Source of the DNA: Nitrosopumilaceae archaeon
Lineage (GTDB): Archaea; Thermoproteota; Nitrososphaeria; Nitrososphaerales; Nitrosopumilaceae
DNA: 32,000 bases
Direction: 5' to 3'
NCBI GenBank assembly: GCA_035631875.1
Contig: DASQHX010000009.1
Location: 137,558 to 169,557, forward strand
Shown here: piece after piece, positions 24,753 through 32,000 of the stretch
Layout of the letters: every line of letters starts with the position of its first letter
Numbering within the stretch: position 1 is the first letter of the stretch
Program-made: the position numbers and the translations under genes
Notes under the pieces: model-generated
Told to the model about the DNA's origin: nothing
The model's database searches: none
Seen by the model: only the letters and a program-made list of their open reading frames with translations

Positions 24753-25424
24753 ATGAAGATTGGAATTATAGGCGGAACCGGGGGAATGGGAAAAGGTTTT
24801 GCTATCAGATGGTGCAAAAATCATGATATTTTAATTGGTTCAAGAGATGCTGTGAGAGCAACAGAGTCAGCTCTTGAATATTCTAAAAATGCTTCCGAAC
24901 AATATGGAACATTTAATGGTATCATAACAGGAAAAGACAATCTTTCTGTTGCAAAAGAAAGTGATGTGTTGGTTTTATCAATTCCGTATGAGAATATTGA
25001 TTCAATTTGTTCTCAATTGCTGCCATATGTAAAAGAGGGCTGTGTTGTCATATCACCTATTGTTCCATTGACAAAGACTGATGCAGGATTTGAATTTATT
25101 TCTTTTATAGAAAAAAAACCATCTGCATTTGAACTTGTACAAAAATATATGAAAAATAAATCAAAGCTTGTTGCCGCATTTCATACCATATCAGAAAAAA
25201 AATTGATAGATTCAAAACTAATCTTAGATTCTGACATTTTTGTATGTGGAGATGACCAAAATTCTATAAATACAGTAAATGAACTCATTAAAGAGATAAA
25301 GTCTCTAAGACCCATATTACTTGGTCCTGGTTCGCTTTCTTATCTTGCCGAAATAGCAACACCTATTCTTTTAAATGCCATGATTAAAAACAAGATGAGA
25401 AATCCTGGAATAAAGATAATTTAA
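24753..25424 (+). CDS. npdG: NADPH-dependent F420 reductase
   Basis: MKIGIIGGTGGMGKGFA Rossmann motif at the N terminus. Length and pattern are typical of Fno/NpdG. The track ORF starts at GTG 24741. Confidence 0.75.
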   Translation: MKIGIIGGTGGMGKGFAIRWCKNHDILIGSRDAVRATESALEYSKNASEQYGTFNGIITGKDNLSVAKESDVLVLSIPYENIDSICSQLLPYVKEGCVVISPIVPLTKTDAGFEFISFIEKKPSAFELVQKYMKNKSKLVAAFHTISEKKLIDSKLILDSDIFVCGDDQNSINTVNELIKEIKSLRPILLGPGSLSYLAEIATPILLNAMIKNKMRNPGIKII

Positions 25425-25486
25425 GCAAGAATAATCAATCAATATTAGATTTGCGTTATAGACGTAACAGAAATTGGTTTACTGCA

Positions 25487-25678
25487 ATGGGAGTTTTGTT
25501 TATAGTAATGGCCGGAATCATTCTTATTAGAAATTTGCTTATTTGGGGTCCAGAATTTGTTGCTGATTTTTTTACATCTCCTGAGATCACTAATGAAAAA
25601 ATATCGGTAGGCATGATTGGGATTGGATGTTTTTTGATCTTTATGGGTACCAGGAAGGAAGTAAATGAAAACATATGA
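25487..25678 (+). CDS. small two-TM membrane protein
   Basis: The track ORF 25451..25678 starts at TTG; ATG at 25487. Two clear hydrophobic helices. Overlaps the downstream start by 14 nt. A mirror ORF exists on the minus strand, so the call is tentative. Confidence 0.4.
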   Translation: MGVLFIVMAGIILIRNLLIWGPEFVADFFTSPEITNEKISVGMIGIGCFLIFMGTRKEVNENI

Positions 25679-26063
25679 CTTTTTAAAGTCTCAGAAAATT
25701 TTGAGGCTTGCTACAATTGACGGTAAAAATAATCCTCACATTGTTCCTGTATGGTATGAATTTAGAAATAAAAAATTCTATGTTGGAACTAACACAAGAA
25801 CAAAAAAGGCAAAAAACATCAAAAAGAATCCAAAAGTAAGCTTTTGTGTTGATGTAGGAGTAAAATCGCCAGACATTTTTGGCGTTATGGGGATTGGTAA
25901 AGCCAAATTGATTTTAGAAAAAAATCAAGTGTCGCTTATTGCAAAGAGAATTTTGAAGCGATATTTTAAAAGTTTGAAAGTAAAATCCTCACAGGAATTA
26001 TTAGACGATACGAATTGCATTATAGAGATATTACCAACAAAGACAACTGTTTGGAAATTTTAG
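25665..26063 (+). CDS. pyridoxamine 5'-phosphate oxidase-family (split beta-barrel, possibly F420/FMN-dependent) protein
   Basis: 132 aa. ILRLATIDGKNNPHIVPVWYEF...FYVGT matches the PPOX-class N-terminal pattern. Confidence 0.7.
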   Translation: MKTYDFLKSQKILRLATIDGKNNPHIVPVWYEFRNKKFYVGTNTRTKKAKNIKKNPKVSFCVDVGVKSPDIFGVMGIGKAKLILEKNQVSLIAKRILKRYFKSLKVKSSQELLDDTNCIIEILPTKTTVWKF

Positions 26064-27232
26064 GTCACAAATTCTTCTATTTTGTCAAGAGCTTTTTCCA
26101 ACACATTAATTTCAGGCAAAAATACCATCCTAAAATGACCACTACCATATTTTGTACCAAATCCTGAACCGTGAACCGTAAGAACTCCTGTTGATTTTAA
26201 AAGTTCAAGGACAAATTCTTTATCTGATTTGTATTTATTGTTCTCTATTTTTGGAAAGGCATAGAAAGCTCCTTTAGGAATTGGACAGCTAAGTCCATTC
26301 ATTCCGTTTATTCTTTTGATGACATAGTCTCTTCGTTTTTTTAGATCTGAAACAAATTTTGGAATATAATCTTGTGGACCTCGAAGTGATTCTAACGCAG
26401 CATATTGAACTGGTAGATTAGATGCAATTCTTACTCTAGCAAGTTTTGGAATGTTTTCACGAAGAATATCAAGTTTCTTGGAATCATTAAATGCTATATA
26501 ACCAATTCTCCAACCAGACATTAGATGTACTTTGGAAAATCCATTTAACAATATTACAGGAGAATCACTACTAACCTTTCCAATACCCACAAACTTTTCA
26601 TCAAAAACTATTTGATCGTATATTTCATCACAGATTATGTACAAATCATTCTTAATTGCGATATCAATCAAATCTTTAAGAGATTTTTCACTAAAAACCG
26701 CTCCGGTTGGATTGTTTGGGCTGATAAAGCATATTGCTACAGTTTTTGATGTAATCTTTGATTTTACATCGTCAAGATCCGGAGTAGAATTGTTAAGATC
26801 TACTCCAAACTCTACTGGAACTCCTCCAAACAATCTCACATACGAAGCATAAGGTGGATAATATGGGCCTGGTATCAAAACTTCATCTCCTGGTTCAACA
26901 ATAGATGCCATTAGCATCTCTAATCCTTCTGAAACTCCGTTTGTTACAATAATGTCATCTTCAGTTGTCAAGAGACCTTTTCTTTTTTCTTTTTCAGCAA
27001 TAGCTTGTCTTAGTTCTTGTATTCCTTCTGATGGAGCATAATAATTTTGATTGTTTTTAATTGCCTTGATTAAAGCGTCTTTAACATTTTCTGGTGGTTG
27101 AAATCCATATGCCACTGGATCTCCTATGTTAAGATATGTTATTTTCTGTCCTTGTTTTTCCAATATTTTTGCAGAAAGTGTAATATCTCGTATAGCATAT
27201 TCAACACCAGCTACTCTTTGTGATATTTTCAA
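26060..27232 (-). CDS. class I/II PLP-dependent aminotransferase (aspartate/alanine type)
   Basis: 390 aa. NPTG, DEIY, and SKVHLMSGWRIGY containing the PLP-binding Lys. TTG start. Confidence 0.85.
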   Translation of the reverse strand: MKISQRVAGVEYAIRDITLSAKILEKQGQKITYLNIGDPVAYGFQPPENVKDALIKAIKNNQNYYAPSEGIQELRQAIAEKEKRKGLLTTEDDIIVTNGVSEGLEMLMASIVEPGDEVLIPGPYYPPYASYVRLFGGVPVEFGVDLNNSTPDLDDVKSKITSKTVAICFISPNNPTGAVFSEKSLKDLIDIAIKNDLYIICDEIYDQIVFDEKFVGIGKVSSDSPVILLNGFSKVHLMSGWRIGYIAFNDSKKLDILRENIPKLARVRIASNLPVQYAALESLRGPQDYIPKFVSDLKKRRDYVIKRINGMNGLSCPIPKGAFYAFPKIENNKYKSDKEFVLELLKSTGVLTVHGSGFGTKYGSGHFRMVFLPEINVLEKALDKIEEFVT

Positions 27233-27275
27233 TTATCTAGACAGATATTTAGCCCTGTTAAAGTCTTACTTGATC

Positions 27276-27350
27276 GGACCCGTTGCATAGCCCGGATAGT
27301 GCGGGTGGCTTCGGACCACCAGGTCGTGGGTTCGAATCCCACCGGGCCCT
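27276..27350 (+). tRNA. tRNA-Arg (anticodon TCG)
   Basis: Hand-folded: acceptor ggacccg/cgggccc (A3:C70 mismatch), D arm gcat-agcccggata-gtgc, anticodon arm ggtgg-cttcgga-ccacc (TCG at 27311-27313), variable loop aggtc, T arm gtggg-ttcgaat-cccac, discriminator t. Confidence 0.8.
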
Positions 27351-27392
27351 TTATAGAGTGAATTTTAAGACAGGAAAATAAATGTCAGATGT

Positions 27393-27887
27393 ATGAGAAA
27401 GTTAACGCCTTTTAGAATTGGATTGTCATTGATGATTATTGGTTCAATTTGGATAACACTTGCATTTTCTATTGCAGAAAAAACATCACAAGATCTGAAT
27501 ATAGGTACAAAAGAAAGTGCCAGTGTTGATTTAGATTTAAAAAACAATGGACTTGGTTTTTATAAAATCACCATCCCAAATTATTCAAAAGAAACAATAT
27601 TAGTAAAAGTATTAGATCCTCAGGGAAATACAATGGATCTTAAACGAATAGGAACAAAAATGTCTGTAAATTATTTTGAATTTAGTTATACTGGAAAATA
27701 TACTCTTGAAATTACTAACCTTTCTGAAAACCCCATACAAATTGAAGCAGAGTTTGGAAATACAAAATCAACAGATTTTACATTTCCCTCGTTTATAGCA
27801 TTCATTGGAGCATGCCTAATTGTATGGTCTGGCTACAAAAGATTGCAAAATTACAGTACTGCGCACCCTGAAGAAAATAAATCATAA
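27393..27887 (+). CDS. bitopic membrane protein with central beta-sandwich (GOLD/emp24-like pattern)
   Basis: 164 aa with N-terminal and C-terminal TM segments. The middle reads ILVKVLDPQGN...NYFEFSYTGKYTLEITN. Confidence 0.55.
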   Translation: MRKLTPFRIGLSLMIIGSIWITLAFSIAEKTSQDLNIGTKESASVDLDLKNNGLGFYKITIPNYSKETILVKVLDPQGNTMDLKRIGTKMSVNYFEFSYTGKYTLEITNLSENPIQIEAEFGNTKSTDFTFPSFIAFIGACLIVWSGYKRLQNYSTAHPEENKS

Positions 27888-28444
27888 ATTGGTATACATA
27901 ATACCACTGCAGTAAAAAGTAGAATCAAGTTAAAACCTATCCATGATGCAGATAAAAGCACGGTCATAATAGCAATAGGCAAAACTTTTCTCGTTTTTCT
28001 TTTGTCAATTTGACAAAGAGTAATAAAACTACCAAGCGCACTTAGGAAAAGACCTGTTTCAATTGTAAGATGAGATGGAGTTACTAAACCGTCTACTCCG
28101 TATATTTCATGTGAAATAGAATCAGCATAACCCCCCACAAGTTGTAAAATTGAACCTAATAGTATAATCTTTATTCCTTTAAACAGAATTTTATTTTCAG
28201 AATGTAGTAATAAAATAATCATACCCAAAACTGATGAACTAACAATCATTCCAACACCAGCATAAATTGTAACATGTTGAATTGTCCAGAATTTTTCAGG
28301 TGCTCGCAGGGCATGTGTTGACGCATCCCATATTCCACCCAACAGCTCTGTAACTGTACCACAAATAGCCAGAATTGAGATAATAAAGAGAAGGGTTTTA
28401 GTTTTTGAAAGAAATGAAGTAGAAATTAGATGAGATAGACGCAT
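27851..28444 (-). CDS. hypothetical multi-pass membrane protein
   Basis: 197 aa with about 6 hydrophobic segments and several His residues at helix ends. ATG start. Its 3' end overlaps the previous gene by 37 nt (convergent). Confidence 0.55.
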   Translation of the reverse strand: MRLSHLISTSFLSKTKTLLFIISILAICGTVTELLGGIWDASTHALRAPEKFWTIQHVTIYAGVGMIVSSSVLGMIILLLHSENKILFKGIKIILLGSILQLVGGYADSISHEIYGVDGLVTPSHLTIETGLFLSALGSFITLCQIDKRKTRKVLPIAIMTVLLSASWIGFNLILLFTAVVLCIPIYDLFSSGCAVL

Positions 28445-28496
28445 TTTGAAATAACTTTGTTTTATACGTAATATATAGAATTTTGTTTGTTAAAAT

Positions 28497-28799
28497 TTAG
28501 CTTTTACTTTCTTGAGCTCGCACATATGCTATTGCCTTTTTCATTTCAAGTGCTCGCTCAAAAATTATCTTTCGCATTTCTTCTGTCTCTATAGATGTCA
28601 TACCACGCTTTTGTGATTCAAAGAATAATTCTGCAAACCCTCCAGTCACATATCCTACAAAAATTCCAAATGCCACTTCGGTGTCATCTTTTGTAAGTGG
28701 CTTCAAATCAGATGCCATGTTTCGCATATTCTGTGGATTTACCATTAAATTATCTATTAAGGAAACAAGTGCTTCCTTTAGCGGTAAGGCTAGACTCAT
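28497..28799 (-). CDS. hypothetical protein (100 aa)
   Basis: ATG-initiated ORF, helical, with one Gly-rich hydrophobic stretch. No motif recognised. Confidence 0.45.
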   Translation of the reverse strand: MSLALPLKEALVSLIDNLMVNPQNMRNMASDLKPLTKDDTEVAFGIFVGYVTGGFAELFFESQKRGMTSIETEEMRKIIFERALEMKKAIAYVRAQESKS

Positions 28800-28848
28800 T
28801 TGTGATCATGATACCACGTGACACAAGAACCTTACAAGATCAGATCTT

Positions 28849-29157
28849 ATGACAAATCTTAGATCTTTTTTGACTGACATAGTAACTATTATACCTCATA
28901 TCATGAGAAGGTTATCTATGAATCCAGGAATAGGACTAATGAAAAGAAGACTCCCTACTGAAAAAGAAGCCATTCCTCTAGCAGTATCAGGAATTATAAA
29001 AAAATATAATGTTACCGAAGATCAAATCAAAACCTTGGAAACTAAGTATGACAACGAAAGTGGGGATTGGTACGTTGCTTTAGGATTTAATGAAAAAAGA
29101 GCTATTGTTAAAATGGATTCTGTTTTGGGAACAATAATAGAGATTAATGAAATTTAA
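28849..29157 (+). CDS. hypothetical protein (102 aa), PepSY-like C-terminal pattern possible
   Basis: ATG-initiated ORF. GDWYVALGFNEKRAIVKMDSVLGTIIEI resembles PepSY-type beta-hairpin repeats. Weak evidence. Confidence 0.45.
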   Translation: MTNLRSFLTDIVTIIPHIMRRLSMNPGIGLMKRRLPTEKEAIPLAVSGIIKKYNVTEDQIKTLETKYDNESGDWYVALGFNEKRAIVKMDSVLGTIIEINEI

Positions 29158-29174
29158 TCAGTTTTGTGAAAAAT

Positions 29175-29804
29175 TTATTTTTTAAACTGAACATTTGAAA
29201 CTTCTGGTTCTGGTATAATTACTAGTCCTCCATCTCTTAATTGTTGTACAAGTTGTGTAACTTCTTTTTCTACTTGTCCACGTTGAAGACCAGTTATTTT
29301 TGCAAATGCATCTACAAGTTCAGTTATTTTTCTTTGTCCATTACACAATTTCCAAAAGTCAATTATTGCCTGATTTACCATAAATCCTTGTTCATGATCA
29401 TTCATCAAAACTAATGCTCCATCTTCTTGTTTTACTACAGAGCCAACACCTTGTGGCATTGCAGTTTCATAATCTATTGGAGTGATTCTTTTCTGTTTTC
29501 CATAATTGATTAGTTTCTTGCCTTCCTCGGACATTTTTTCTGGTGTCCATGCAGGTTCCCATACTATTTCTACATTAACTCCATTAACACCAGGAACTTT
29601 GTTAACATACCTTTTTACATCACTAACAAGTGTTTCATGTAAAGGACAACCACGTGTTGTCATGGTCATTTTGACATCTACTTTATTGTCATCATTTACT
29701 TTGACTCCATAAATAAGACCCATATCCACAATATTAATTGGGATTTCAGGATCCATGCATTGTTTTAATGAATCTAATACTTGTTGTGATGTTACTTGTG
29801 CCAT
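29175..29804 (-). CDS. DUF59/MIP18 (SufT-like Fe-S assembly) domain fused to a PqqD-like (RRE-type) domain
   Basis: N-terminal half: VLDSLKQCMDPEIPINIVDMGLIYGV...TTRGCPL is the DUF59 signature. C-terminal half: FMVNQAIIDFWKLCNGQRKITELVDAFAKITG...VEKEVTQLVQQLRDGGLV matches the PqqD winged-helix pattern. ATG 29804 or TTG 29819. Confidence 0.7.
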   Translation of the reverse strand: MAQVTSQQVLDSLKQCMDPEIPINIVDMGLIYGVKVNDDNKVDVKMTMTTRGCPLHETLVSDVKRYVNKVPGVNGVNVEIVWEPAWTPEKMSEEGKKLINYGKQKRITPIDYETAMPQGVGSVVKQEDGALVLMNDHEQGFMVNQAIIDFWKLCNGQRKITELVDAFAKITGLQRGQVEKEVTQLVQQLRDGGLVIIPEPEVSNVQFKK

Positions 29805-29837
29805 GAACAATTTCTTCAATCCATGAAAATAAATACC

Positions 29838-30902
29838 TTACATCTTTGATTTGAACAATTTTTTTATAGATTCTTCAAAAGGTGATTTGGCAACTCCTGC
29901 TTCTGTAATTATACCTGTTATGAGTTCTGGCGGAGTCATATCAAAGGCAGGATTTATCACATTAATGTCATCTGGAGCAGTTTTTTTGCCCGCAATTCCA
30001 GTAACTTCGCTTGCTTTTCGTTGTTCTATAATAACATCCTGAGGATTGCTTTGTAGATCAAAGGTAGAAAGTGGGGCTGCTACATAAAATGGTATTTTGT
30101 GCTGTTTGGCCATTGTCGCCACTTGATATGTACCAATTTTGTTATAGACATGACCGGTTCGTAGAATCCTGTCTGCTCCTACTATCACTTTAGTCACTAA
30201 TCCTTTTGACATGGCATATCCTACTGCAGTGTCAGGAATGAGACTAACGTCAATATCATCATGTTTTAGCTCAAATGCGGTAAGCCTAGAACCCTGCATT
30301 ACTGGTCTTGTCTCTGTTGCTATAACTTTGATCTTCTTACCACTTTCTTTTGTTGCACGAATAACTCCCAATGCTGTACCGTATCCAACTGTAGCTAATG
30401 CTCCTGCATTACAATGAGTCATGATAATATCATTGTTATCAAATAATTTGGCACCATGTTTTCCCATTATCATATTAGTTTGTATATCATCTTCTGCCAT
30501 TTTTTTTGCAGTTTGAATTATTAATTCTTTAATATTAGAAACATCTTTGCCGTTTTTTGCAACATTCATTATTTTGTTTAGTCCCCATACTAGATTAACA
30601 GCAGTAGGTCTTGTTTCAAAGAGAATTTTTTTCGCCTTTTCTAGATCTGTTAATATTTTTTCTTTTGTTTTTGCTTTACTTTGTAATGCTGCTAAAGCTA
30701 GACCAAATGCGCCAGATACCCCAATAGCGGGAGCACCTCTTATCACAAGGGTTCTGATTGCGTTTGCTACATCTTTGTAATCAGTGTATTTTACATAAAC
30801 AAGCTTGTTTGGAAGCTTGGTTTGATCTATCATAACGACGGTATTGTTTTTCCACTCTATGGTTTTGAGACTAGAATGAATTTTTGTTGTGAGTTTTGCC
30901 AA
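29838..30902 (-). CDS. mtnA: methylthioribose-1-phosphate isomerase-like protein (eIF-2B alpha/beta/delta family)
   Basis: 354 aa. IEWKNNTVVMIDQTKLP, VIRGAPAIGVSGAFGLALA, THCNAGALAT, TETRP..QG, VGADRI are MtnA/e2b2 family blocks. TTG start. Confidence 0.8.
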   Translation of the reverse strand: MAKLTTKIHSSLKTIEWKNNTVVMIDQTKLPNKLVYVKYTDYKDVANAIRTLVIRGAPAIGVSGAFGLALAALQSKAKTKEKILTDLEKAKKILFETRPTAVNLVWGLNKIMNVAKNGKDVSNIKELIIQTAKKMAEDDIQTNMIMGKHGAKLFDNNDIIMTHCNAGALATVGYGTALGVIRATKESGKKIKVIATETRPVMQGSRLTAFELKHDDIDVSLIPDTAVGYAMSKGLVTKVIVGADRILRTGHVYNKIGTYQVATMAKQHKIPFYVAAPLSTFDLQSNPQDVIIEQRKASEVTGIAGKKTAPDDINVINPAFDMTPPELITGIITEAGVAKSPFEESIKKLFKSKM

Positions 30903-31060
30903 TTTTGATATATTTAACTAAAATCCCATATTTATAATGAAAGCAATTTCAAAAATAATACCTTGTAATTATTAAATAAGATTAAGTATTATATTGTAAT
31001 CATTCTTAACATCAATAGTTGCTTAATCTCACTACTTTAAACAGATACGACCCACAAGGC

Positions 31061-32000
31061 ATGCATAAGATCTATGACAGATGGCCAGAGATTGCTAAAG
31101 AGGCATATGCTTCTAAACAGGATCCAGTTGATTTTAACAATATTGAACACATAGTATTTGTAGGAATGGGTGGATCAGGAGCACTTGCGGATATTTTTTC
31201 TTCCATACTTTCTAAGACAAAGGTTCATGTTGACATAGTAAAGGGATACCATTTACCTAGTACTGTAGATTCAAACAGTCTAGTTGTTGCCTCCAGCATA
31301 TCAGGTAATACAGTTGAAACACTTTCCGTTTTAGATTCTGCATACAAATCAAGATGTAATATAATTGCCTTTTCTGGAGGCGGAAAAATGAAAGAATATT
31401 GCGTTAGAAATAAAATAGAGCATAGAATAATTCCACAAATTCATTCACCTCGAGCCTCCTTTACAGGATTTTTATATGTCATCTTGAAAATTTTAAGCCC
31501 AATAATTCAAGTAAAAAAAGAAGATGTTCTAGATTCAATTAAAGAATTAGAAAAATTAAGAAATCAAATCTCCTCACAGAGTTTAAATAAAAAAAATCCA
31601 TCATTAAGTCTGGCTGAGTGGGTGTCTGGTATGCCCATGATATATTATCCATTTGGTCTACAAGCAGCAGCAATAAGATTCAAAAACTCGCTTCAAGAAA
31701 ACACGAAAATTCATGCAATGGCAGAAGATGTATTAGAAGCTAGCCACAATGGAATTGTTGCCTGGGAAAAAAAATCTATTGTACAACCAATCCTGCTTGA
31801 AGGTGAAGATGATTATATCAAAACTAAGGAGAGATGGAAAATACTCAAAGAGTATTTTGAAATGAACCAAATTGATTACCAAGAAATCTTTTCTGTAGAG
31901 GGGAGCATTTTATCAAAAATAATTAATCTAATTTATCTTCTTGATTATTCCACAATATATCGTGCCGTTTTATCGGGAGTTGATCCTTCTCCTATAAAAT
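31061..32000 (+). CDS. bifunctional phosphoglucose/phosphomannose isomerase (SIS domains), 3'-truncated by window end
   Basis: Not in the ORF track (runs off the end). Own translation: MHKIYDRWPEIAKEAY...HIVFVGMGGSGALADIF...VVASSISGNTVETL...SPRASF...ENTKIHAMAEDVLEASHNGIVAWE. The SIS motif GMGGSG, the SGNT(V)ET motif and the E..HN block are typical of archaeal PGI/PMI. Confidence 0.75.
   Translation, partial: MHKIYDRWPEIAKEAYASKQDPVDFNNIEHIVFVGMGGSGALADIFSSILSKTKVHVDIVKGYHLPSTVDSNSLVVASSISGNTVETLSVLDSAYKSRCNIIAFSGGGKMKEYCVRNKIEHRIIPQIHSPRASFTGFLYVILKILSPIIQVKKEDVLDSIKELEKLRNQISSQSLNKKNPSLSLAEWVSGMPMIYYPFGLQAAAIRFKNSLQENTKIHAMAEDVLEASHNGIVAWEKKSIVQPILLEGEDDYIKTKERWKILKEYFEMNQIDYQEIFSVEGSILSKIINLIYLLDYSTIYRAVLSGVDPSPIK

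Noticed and set aside
25456-25674. 72-aa minus-strand ORF mirroring 25451..25678(+)
   Set aside because: The plus-strand version has two clean TM helices and fits the operon direction. Neither version is strongly supported.
27851-27887. 37-nt convergent overlap between 27393..27887(+) and 27851..28444(-) as a possible antisense regulatory arrangement
   Set aside because: Overlap of 3' ends is common in compact archaeal genomes, and nothing else here (structure, repeats) suggests regulation.
28827-28841. gaaccttacaagatc resembles the cassette pseudo-att gaaccttacaggactc; together with tRNA-Arg(TCG) at 27276-27350 and four ORFans (27393-29157) it hinted at a second degraded island
   Set aside because: Only a 10-nt exact match (gaaccttaca) with poor continuation, which is within chance expectation for this window. 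There is no recombinase gene, no repeat of the tRNA-Arg(TCG) 3' end, and no leader or 3' modules nearby.
26637-30780. ORFs 26637..26852(+), 27365..27547(-), 29506..29712(+), 29851..30042(+), 30211..30417(+), 30547..30780(+)
   Set aside because: They are antisense shadows within the aminotransferase, the 27393 gene, the DUF59-PqqD gene and the mtnA-like gene.

Overview
This is an AT-rich archaeal chromosome segment. The gene content fits a marine ammonia-oxidising thaumarchaeon (Nitrosopumilus-like): unfused Kae1 and Bud32, ArcTGT, an aCPSF2-type beta-CASP nuclease, a Rieske/cytochrome b/blue-copper module, F420-linked enzymes, and many TTG/GTG starts. That assignment is inferred from content only; no search was run. 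Layout: 1-7.9 kb holds housekeeping genes, followed by tRNA-Arg(TCT) at 7928-8002. About 8.0-15.46 kb is an integrative element bounded by a 13-nt copy of the tRNA 3' end; it carries a tyrosine recombinase and 10 ORFans, mostly small membrane proteins. 15.9-24.0 kb holds a complex-III-like operon, a 1427-aa membrane-anchored S8 protease and a surface protein. 24-32 kb holds metabolic genes, tRNA-Arg(TCG), four ORFans, a DUF59-PqqD fusion, an MtnA-like isomerase and a truncated PGI/PMI. Main hunting result: the right half of the element (12.47-15.26 kb) is an array of divergent small membrane-protein genes separated by modular, highly conserved non-coding junctions. These junctions contain degenerate copies of the att/tRNA core, including one chimeric att-like site, and one single-gene insertion is flanked by an 18-bp perfect direct repeat. 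This looks like an integron-like or serial-capture architecture next to a tRNA-targeting recombinase. All alignments and coordinates were made by hand and may be off by a base or two.
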